This document shows positions 13,701 through 22,205 of a DNA stretch of 64,000 nt, one piece after another (within the stretch, counting starts at the first letter, position 1; each line of letters starts with the position of its first letter). The position numbers and the translations under genes are program-made. Source of the stretch: Felis catus (lineage: Eukaryota); contig NC_058383.1 in the NCBI RefSeq assembly GCF_018350175.1, positions 4,216,001-4,280,000 on the forward strand. The letters are read 5' to 3'. The notes under the pieces are model-generated. The model worked only from the letters and a program-made list of their open reading frames with translations. It ran no database searches and was not told where the DNA came from.

Positions 13701-14485
13701 AGGTTTTCCCTCCGCCGCTCGTGCCCGGCCAGATCCGCTCGCACGCCGCTTCCTTCCCCGAGCTTCGGGATGGCGGCGGCCCAGTCTCTGCGCCCCACCG
13801 CGCCGCGCGCCCGCCTTCCCGCCGGAGAACAAGGGGCTCCTGGGGCCGCAGTCGCTGCCCTCCTACCGGGGTGTGAGTCCCGGGGCCGCCGCTCTCCTCC
13901 CGGGGGCCGAGAGGTGGCGAGACGGTCCCCGCCGGCCCGAGGCCGTGGTCTCCGTTCTCCCCGCAGCCTCCGACGCCGGGGCGGGACGGAAACCCCGCAC
14001 GCTGCGAGTGGAGGGACTAGAACGGCCCACGGGCGCCGGGCAAGGGCGTTTGCCAAGAAAAGGATTCGAGCTCGGGGAACGGACGTCTCAAAGGGTGTGG
14101 AGCGGGCTTGTTCTTTTCTCGCCCAGGTTTTGAAAACCCCAGGCTGGCCCGGAGCAGCAGGGGCCCGGGAGTCGGAATCGCCCCCGGAGGCTCCGGTTTC
14201 GGCAGACGCATATGCTTCGGGAGGGCATGGCTCACGGGGGAAAGCAGCCGAGCCGCGCACCCTCTCCGCCGGGGCCTCGGGAATGGCCTCCGTCCCGGGC
14301 CCGGGGGTCTCCCTGCCCTGGGAGCTGAGCCTGCCCGCACCCCCGTGGACCCGCCCAGGGAAAGAGACGTGCCGCGTCCCAAGAACGCCAAGAAACAGGC
14401 CGAACAGTTTTCCCGGGCCTCCCTCCCCAAGATCCCGGGGTGGGGGGGGGGGCAGGAGGGGGCAGCCACGGCGCAAGGCACTTAC

Positions 14486-14672
14486 CCGGGTGCGGGTGGA
14501 GATTGAGGCCAGCCATGTACTTCCCGGGCGGCAACGGGCCGGGCAAGCCAGAAGCGGGCAGGCGTCCGGCCGCAGTAGTGCCCACGCGGTGGCTGTCCAT
14601 AGCCAGGCCGGACAGCAGCGGCGGCGGGGGGCCGTGCACGGACCGCGGGGGCCCGAAGTCTCGGCCATCCAT
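14486..14672 (-). CDS. TNRC18: First coding exon (coding part, 187 nt, 62 codons + 1 nt) of trinucleotide repeat containing 18, a BAH-domain chromatin reader
   Basis: Translates MDGRDFGPPRSVHGPPPPLLSGLAMDSHRVGTTAAGRLPASGLPGPLPPGKYMAGLNLHPHP, which I recognise as the TNRC18 N-terminus (paralog BAHCC1 shares only MDGRDF...PGKY). Strong Kozak context (ggaggATGG). Consensus donor CCG G|GTAAGT at 14486/14485. Confidence 0.95.
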
Positions 14673-14918
14673 CCTCCGCGGGAGTGCCGCAGCCAGCCCC
14701 CCACCCGGCCCGCGGGCCTCGCTCAGTGGGACCTAAAAGTTCGGCCTCGGCGTAGTCCCAGAGTCCTCGGGCGGCGGGGGCTCCGCGGCGTGCATGGCGG
14801 CGGCGGCCAGCGGGGTTTGCGCTCGGCTGCGGGCCCGCGGCCCGGGGCGCACGGGCGGCCGGCGGTGGGGCCCCTCCGGGCGGCCAGGCGGAGCTGCGCG
14901 AGGCGGCGCACACGGCGT
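14673..14918 (-). other. TNRC18: 5' UTR part of TNRC18 exon 2
   Basis: Long minus-strand polypyrimidine tract (purine run on + at ~14921-15000) ending in ttccccgccaAG|acgccg (AG = 14920-14919), 246 nt upstream of the ATG. Confidence 0.75.
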
Positions 14919-16875
14919 CTTGGCGGGGAAAGGACACGGGCCGCGGAAGAAACAGAAGGGGGAAAAAGGAAAAGGGAAGGGGGGGAAAAGACAACAAAGT
15001 TTCAGAAAGTCGTCTTGCCGTTCGGGGTCGGGGAATGCGGATCTGGTGGCCAGAAATAAAATCGGGGGTAACCCGTCCTCCATAAAAAGTAAAAATCCAC
15101 GCTCCCTGCTCCGGCGGCCGCGGTTCCCGGGGACCCGGCTCGGAAAGTGGCCGGTGGCGCGCTGCGCCCCAGCCTAAACTGGCTTGGCGGCTTACGGGTC
15201 CTCCCGAAACCGGGGAAGGCCCCTCGGCCGCGCCCGGGCGGCATAAATACAAACCTCCCGAGTGGGACTGATTCCTGGGCGTCACATGCTCCGGGGTTTC
15301 AAACCGTGAAACCTTTCCATGAGCAGTTCGAAATGTCTCCCTAAACACTGGGTCACTATCTGATCCGGAAAGTTTAATATTTAACCTTTTTGGCCCCTGG
15401 CCTGCCTTTTTGAGTCTGATTTCCCTAAATTCGCCCTGAGCCGCGAATTAGTGTTGTCTTTTGTTTTTTCGGGTTTTTTCGTTTTTTTTTCCAGGAGAGA
15501 AGATGCAAAGCTGGTTTATTATTTTTAAAGAGGCTCGTGCCTCCTCCCGCCGCCCCCCTCGGGCGACTGTGAGTCGCAGAGTCTGAGTCTGAGGACCCGA
15601 GACGTGGCATTCTCGCCCGAGCACTGGAAAGAATCCTTCAAAACAAGCTTTGGTTTCATTTTCCAGCGCCTTGGCCTGGGAATCCTGCGGCCCTAGGACG
15701 TGGCCTGGCGCGGGGGATTTGGGGGGAGGGGGGCGGTCAGAGGGTAAGCAGGGGGCTGAAGGGTCTTGCTCCTACCCTAGCTCCCCCCCCAACCCAAAAA
15801 TAACCTACAAAGAAAACCTTTGCAGCGCGGGCCGACCAAGGGGCGCCTCCCCCAGCGTTGGGTAAATCCCCCTGTAGTTCCAGTTTAAAGCTGTTTGTTT
15901 AAAAGATTTGTCGTTTGCCGATTCCCATGGGGGCGGGAGGGGGTCTTGGAGCCAACCCTGCCCTCGCTCTCCGTCTGCCCGCAGCAGCTCAGATTCCTGA
16001 TTCCGAGAGGCCCGGGCGTTTCCTAGAGCCACCGATCCACGCCAAAGCCACCGGCTCCCGGGTGCCCGCCCTGCGACCGGCGCCCAGCCCCCCGAACTGC
16101 AGACCCCCTCAGCCGCTGACCTCCCGGCCTCCTTCTCCAGCCTCCCTCCCCAACTTTGCTAAGGGTGCTTATTTTAACCCGGTTTTGGTTACAAACACCC
16201 TCTTCCCTCCCTCCCTCGCTCACTCCCATCAGGCTCTGGTTACCAGATCCGCGTTTACTTTGGAAAAATCTAAGATCGCCACATCCGAGGATACATGTCT
16301 TAAGGAGGCGATGAGCTTTCCGTGATTTTTTTTTAAATGCTCTTTGTGCAGCTTTCTTTTAAAAGCTAGAGCTTCGGAGCATGCCCCAACGCCCCACTTC
16401 GGGGAAGTCGAGGTGAAGGCCCCTGGAACACCCTCGCTCTGGTAAAGAAGCTGGCTCGGCCATCTGTGGGCTCCGCTGCGTTCTCTCTACTTTTCTCCCC
16501 CACTTAAATGCAGTTAAAATGGCTGAATTCCGGCTTTTAATTAAAAACAGCCTATAATCGAAAACGTCTCGGCGTCCCTGGCTCCCCCGCCGCCTGCCGG
16601 GAACCGAGAAGGGAACCGACGCCCCTCAGCCCGGCTGGGCGGGCTGGAACGGGGCTGAGGGCTCAGGTGGGCGCCCGAGGCACAGCGACCCGCCCCCACC
16701 CATCCCAGGGCGCCCCCACCTCGCCGATGCGGGTCCCCGATCCCGTAATCGGGGACCGCAGAGCTGCGGGGATCCTCCCGAGCACCCCGAGGGTGAGGCG
16801 GGGTGGGGGGTCAGATGAAGAAGTTTGGAGACCTTTGCGCCCGGCCAGGGACGGACGGGCGGCCCGGCAGCGTAC

Positions 16876-17266
16876 CTGGCGCGGCGGGGCTCCCGGCTCT
16901 GGGCTCCGGCGACGGCGACTCCGGTGGTGGCCCCGGCTCCCGGCGCGGCTAGGCGCCCGTGCTGCCCGCCATCCCGCGGCTGCTGCTCCCCTTCGCCACC
17001 CGCAGCCGCCTCACACTTTTTGCCCGCCTTTCCTTTTTTTGGTAGAAAACCGCTCCCCGGGCCGAGCGCTCGGCGCGCCAACTCCTCCGCCCTCCCGCGG
17101 CCCGGCTCCCGCAGCCCCCGGAAAAGCCAGCTTTCCTCCCGCCGAGCTCCCCGCTTTTTAATAAAATCCAGGTAGCGCCGGTTTAAAGAATCCCAAATCT
17201 CCATATACAGCCCGGGATTGGAAAAGGTACATTACACAACCCCCCTTTCAAGTTCCTCTCGCTGGA

Positions 17267-17270
<4 letters not shown>
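16876..17270 (-). other. TNRC18: Inferred TNRC18 exon 1 (5' leader); 5' end approximate
   Basis: Good donor GCCAG|GTACGC at 16876/16875 inside the CpG island, giving a ~1.96 kb intron to the exon 2 acceptor. Promoter motifs lie immediately upstream (17300-17500). The TSS is not directly visible. Confidence 0.65.
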
Positions 17271-17299
<29 letters not shown>

Positions 17300-17500
17300 C
17301 AGAGGGAGGGGGGAGGGGGGAGGGGGCAGCTGGGGGAGGGGAGTACTCTCCAGCGAAGAAACACGCATTGTTCCCGGGCGCCCGCCTCCCCCCCCCAGGC
17401 CAGCCCCCGGCCGCCATCCATTGGCCGCGCGTACCGCCAATCACACGCATGTAAACACCTTGGCCCTCAGCCATTCCTATAAAACCAATTACGGACCTAG
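17270..17500. promoter_or_regulatory. TNRC18 core/proximal promoter region
   Basis: A28 tract 17270-17297; G-run cluster 17304-17341; CCAAT boxes in both orientations (~17420-17424 on -, ~17437-17441 on +); GTAAACA (FOX-type) 17451-17457; TATAAAA on + at 17478-17484. Confidence 0.7.
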
Positions 17501-20500
17501 GGGCTCCAGCAGTTTCCAGGCTCCCCACGGCGGGGCTGAATGATCAAAACTGGTGGTGAGAATTTTTCCCGGCCGTTTCTAGGCAGCCCTCCCCCTCCAC
17601 CAGCTCGAACCCCCCCCTTCCTCCCTCTCCTCCCTCTTCCTACCCCCTCCCCCGGCGTCTAGGCTGAGTGATCAAAATAGAGGAAGATGGTTGTCGCCGC
17701 AATCCAGGGCTTTGCAAGGCGCGGTTTAATGGGCCGCCTGTCAGCTTCCTGCTCGCAGGAGGAGGTGACAAGCCGAGCGAGCCGGGAAGGGTCTGGGGCC
17801 CGGCGGGCAGCACCCCGCGCCCGGGCCCCGGCCCCCTACCTCCCCTGGGGCGCGCCTTCTAGAATGCGCGGTGGAGACGCCAAAACAGACAAGGGCTGCT
17901 TTTTCCCTTTTTTACTCCCCCTTTTAAAACAAAGCAGCGATTCATTCCTTTTCCCCCAGCAGCGCGGTTGGGTGGGATGGGCAGGCGTGAAGGCCGTTTT
18001 CCTAGCCCCGGCCTGCGGGTCCCTCCCTGAAACCCTGTGTCAGATGGTTACTGATTAATATTTTGGAGAGGCCGCGGCGGCGGGTAGCGGGTGAGTCTCT
18101 AATCTTCTAAAAGGGGTTCCTATAGAAACGCGGGCCAGGGCGCACCCCCCGCTCGGCCCCGGCCGGGGCTGTGGCGCTTTGCACCGCGCGCCCTTCCCCA
18201 AAGCCTTTCTTTGCGTGGGCTCTCCCCACCCCTCCCCCCCAAAAAAAAAATCAGAGCAGAAAAAAGGATTAGATCGGCTGAGCGCGAACTGACTCCCTCT
18301 CGATTCTGACATTTCAGCCTATTAGCATTTCTCCACGGGGCCTTCTGAAACCTATTAAAGTGTAATATTAAAAACCTCTTGGCTGGGGGCCTCTCTCGCC
18401 TTCCATCCGCCGCGCCCCCTCCAGGGAGGGCGAGACCGGGAAAAAAAAAATCTGTTGAGCTCAGAGGAAGCAGAAGCCAAGCCCAAAAAGTGCTTGGCTG
18501 GCCGCGGCGGCCGAAGGGGGAGGGGAGCACCAATCCCCCAGACTTTGTACTTTTATTTTGCGCTTTCAGCAAAATCCTTTCTGAGTGGAGTCGCCGGGAG
18601 CTGCCCGCGGCAACCTACTTGGCTGCGGGCGCAAGGACTGCGGACGCGGTCGGAGGGGCCGCTCTGGGGGCCCCGCACCCTCTCTCTGCAGCCCCGCAGG
18701 GACCCATGCCCGGCTGGGCATTACGTACCCTCAAATGGAAGCTTGGAGGGGCAGAAATCCTTGCCGATCCTGCCTCGGAGAGCAACCGCGGTGATTAGAT
18801 TTTAATTAAAACAAGAGAAGCCCGCTCTTTCGCCCTGCGCTGCGGACTCAGCGTTTTCGCATCGCTGGTGTTTTTTTTTTTTTTTTTTTTAAATCCATTT
18901 TTAAGCAACTTTTCTGGAGGGGGGAAAATGAGCTAGTTGGCGCCCGTCCGTTCTATTTTCTTTTCTCCACTTTTAGAAGAAAACGGACGGGGAGGGGTAG
19001 GCTTGGAGAAAGCGAACTGGGGGTGTCTAATTTAATTCCAGTATAAATTTGAGGAAAAAAGTTCAGCCTCTTGAGGGCAGTTTCAAGTTGCCCTGCAGGA
19101 GCCTCTGCGCTGGTTTCGAGGCTGCCCTCTTTTGGAAGCTGGAGCTCCGCAGGGGGAGGAGGGAGGAGTGAGAAGTAAAGAAAGGAACGAAAATAGCCGG
19201 AGCCGAGGGGAACAGCGGCGGTGTCCGCGCGAAGGTCTCAGTGGCGGCCGGGGCGGCGGGAGGTTGCCGGTGCGGCCCCGGAACGGCCAGGAGCAAAGAC
19301 GGAGAGGAGAGGGGGGTTAGAGAAAGGAGGTATTGTGTCTTGTGTGCCTTGGGGGAGGGGGTTGACTGCAGAAATAAATGCAGTTGAGCTGCGCGGGGCT
19401 GCTAGAAGCCAAGGCAGGGGGAAGGGGCTGTGCGTGGGGGCGCAGCCCGGGTAGGCGCCTAGCATCCTTGAACCTTATCCGAAAGCCTTTGTGGGTCCCT
19501 AATAAGCCCTCCCACGCCTGAGCCCCCATCGTTTCCCCACCCCCCTGGTTGCCCTCCAATATTCGGAGCCCAGACCTTGATCCCCCACCCCATTATCCCC
19601 GCCCTTGATCTGGAATGTTTTGTTTTGTTTTAATCTTCGTATAGCTCAAGCAAAATATATCTTGAGAAAGTTGAGGTGGGGAATACAAAGGACTTGAGGG
19701 GCGGAAAAAAACAAAGCCGATTTTTATAAATGTTTAATGTTTTCACCCCTGGATGCTCCAAGACGCCGTAATTGTGATGGCGGGGTATGTGTGCCATAAA
19801 TCATTTAGTTGCTAATAAAAATTCTGCCTGTTTGCCCTGCATTTGCCAATGGCGTTTGCATTTTCCAAGTATGTGCCTTTCTCTGCGTGGCGATCCGAGC
19901 CTGCATTTCATTAGGGTCGAGGTTCGGGGCAGGCGAGACCTCCCCCCCCCTCCGCCTGCCCCCTCCTCCTGGGCCTTTGTGGGCCCCAGCCCCCTCGTCG
20001 CGCCGCCCTCCCGGCACACACTCACACCCGCGGCCGCGCGGGTCGCCTCCGGAGCCCGGCCGGGCGCCGGGCCTAGGGACACGGAGGCAGCTGCTCCCGG
20101 GTCCTGGCCGCGGGGTGCGCAGGACGGCCTGCCAGCGCCGGCTCTCCGAGCGCGGCGTTCGTGGGGGCGCAGCGGGCCCCGCCGAGGAGCCGCCCGCCCC
20201 GGCCGATCGGTGCGCGCCCTAGTCCTTGCCGCCCCCTCGCCCCCTCGCCCCCGCCCGCCGGGCCCCGCGCCCCGGCGCCCCCGCAGTCGCTGGGTAAACA
20301 GCGGCCGGGAGCCATCTTGGGGCGGGGGGGGGGGTGGGGACGGATCCCAGGCCGAGTGGTGGGCGCAGCCGGGCTCCTTCGCAGACCCCCGCCGCCGGTC
20401 GTCGGGCACCTCTGGGGAATCCCTTGCCAAGCTTCGGGGTCTGCGGAAGCACCCTGCCCTCTCCGGCGGACCACACTGAGACGTCAAAGCCCGGCCGGGC

Positions 20501-20649
20501 GCCCTGCGCGGGGCGGGTAGGAGGCGCCCGGTCCGCGGTCCGCCAGGGTCTGGCCGCCATCTTCCGCCTCCCCCTTCTCCCCCCCCCCCCCCCCCCCGCC
20601 ACATACTTGTGTTTACCCGGCGGGATCCTTGGCCAAAAAGTGTGTTGAC

Positions 20650-20652
<3 letters not shown>

Positions 20653-20697
<45 letters not shown>
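20653..20697 (+). repeat. (GT)n microsatellite
   Basis: Perfect dinucleotide run. Confidence 0.97.
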
Positions 20698-20701
<4 letters not shown>

Positions 20702-22161
20702 GTACTGACTGGGCGGAAAATCGGCTGGAGGGGGGACCTCCTCGCAACTTGAACCTCAGTTCCCGGAGAGCCTGCCCAGGCCCGCGCTCTTGTCCACGGC
20801 CAGCCTGGGCCGCCGGAGCCGAGGCCTTTTGTGTGTTCTAGGCCTCCGGCTCCGTGCACGAGGCCCCACTGACAAAATTATTCCCCTTTGTTTTAAAACC
20901 AAAGGACAGGCCAACTTTGAGTCCGGTTCTCCTCGGCCGCGCCTTTGTCGTGGAGGCACAGCCCCGCGCCTTGGTCAACTCTGTTCTTTTCAAGGCTGAA
21001 CCCGACTCTTTCTGGAACCCTGGTGTTGCTGGCCGCCTGAATACATTCTCCCCTTACCCTTCCCGGGAAGAAAATGGGCATCCTTTCGTAGGCGAAGACA
21101 TACGAGCCACCACCACCCGTCTCCCCCAAACCGCCTTCCCGGTGGGGACCTCAGTTCCCTCGCTGTGCCAGCTTCTTGGTGAAAGGGACCTCGAGCGTTC
21201 GCCGGCCTCTGCCACCGGCTCGGGAAGCCCTGGCCGGATCTGGGGCTTAAAAGCGCCAGTTTTCCAGGTCCCGGGTCTGGCAACCAGGGAGCTCCCGGGC
21301 CCGGGCACCGCGAAAACCCGGAGAGGCTGCGCCCGGGACATCCATTCTCGCCATCCCTCTGGTGCTGCGACTGGCTCAGCCACGATTCGGCGCCGAGCCG
21401 AGGTTCAGCCAGCCCAGCCAAGAGGGGTCCCGACCCTCCAGGAAGACCAAGGACGCGGCGCCCAAGCCCGAACGCGGCAGGGACAAGAGCTCTGGGTGGG
21501 CAGAGCCAGGGCTGAAGCAGCAGGCTCGGCTCGGAGGATCCCGGCGCGTCTCGGCTCCGCCTCCGGCCCTGGCCGCTTTCCCCGGCCGGGTCGGGTCTTC
21601 CATTCCACTGTTTGTCTCGGAGAGGTCGGAGACGTGCTCGGTGCACAGGGGGCCGGATACGGCCATAAATCTTCATGCGAGACCTCCTTCCCGTCGCTCA
21701 CACGCCGGTGCTCCTGGCCGCCCTGGCGTCCCGGGCTGCATTGGGTGCCCTGCTTTCCCCGCCATGGCCTGGGGTTCCCTGGAGCGGCGCGGGGAGTCAA
21801 GGCCGGAGCGTCCCCATTCGCCAAAGAGAGGGAACAGCCTCGCCCCGTTCTGTGCCACCGCCTTCCATCCCCGCGGTTGCTGGACCCTGAGGCTGCCCGG
21901 GCCTCACTGGATCTCCGCCTGGGGTAGGGGTACCCGGGGCCAGGCACTTACTCCTAGGAAGGTTCGTTGAGGCTGGAATGGGCACACGGCCACCTGCTTG
22001 AGCCCAACTCCCGCACCGTTAAGGGGTGATGCCAGGGTTAGGATCAGAGTGCCTTTTCAGATCTCAGCCAGCTGCTCCTCTCCGAAGACCCTGCTTTAAT
22101 CCCACGCCATCGTTCTGCCCTCAAGAGTCCTCTGCAGGCGCACGATATAGGGGAGGTGGGC

Positions 22162-22162
<1 letters not shown>

Positions 22163-22204
<42 letters not shown>
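22163..22204 (+). repeat. (GT)n microsatellite
   Basis: Perfect dinucleotide run. Confidence 0.97.

Positions 22205-22205
<1 letters not shown>

Larger units (their letters stand above)
1..14485 (-). other. TNRC18: TNRC18 intron following the first coding exon (continues beyond window start)
   Basis: Begins with GTAAGT at 14485; repeat-rich; no further TNRC18-like coding sequence recognised in 1-14485. Confidence 0.85.
13050..15300. promoter_or_regulatory. CpG island over TNRC18 exon 2 and the start of the next intron
   Basis: Very high GC and CpG density by eye; no interspersed repeats. Confidence 0.9.

Noticed and set aside
14232..14485. C-terminal part of the 146-aa ORF beginning MDGRDFG
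   Set aside because: Read-through into the intron past the GTAAGT donor; similarity to TNRC18 ends at HPHPG.
13187..14704. 505-aa minus-strand ORF overlapping the TNRC18 exon
   Set aside because: Out of frame with TNRC18, runs through the donor into the intron, GC shadow composition.
13494..15059. 521-aa plus-strand ORF antisense to TNRC18 exon 2
   Set aside because: Non-ATG start, Arg/Pro/Gly/Ala low complexity, no recognisable domain; long ORFs occur in several frames here, as expected in a CpG island.
21946..21954. Minus-strand GGA|GTAAGT donor-like site
   Set aside because: No acceptor or TSS evidence to pair it with; a single motif is insufficient.
19801..21970. Multiple 200-357 aa ORFs on both strands
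   Set aside because: Overlapping GC-rich shadow ORFs, some crossing microsatellites; no homology recognised.
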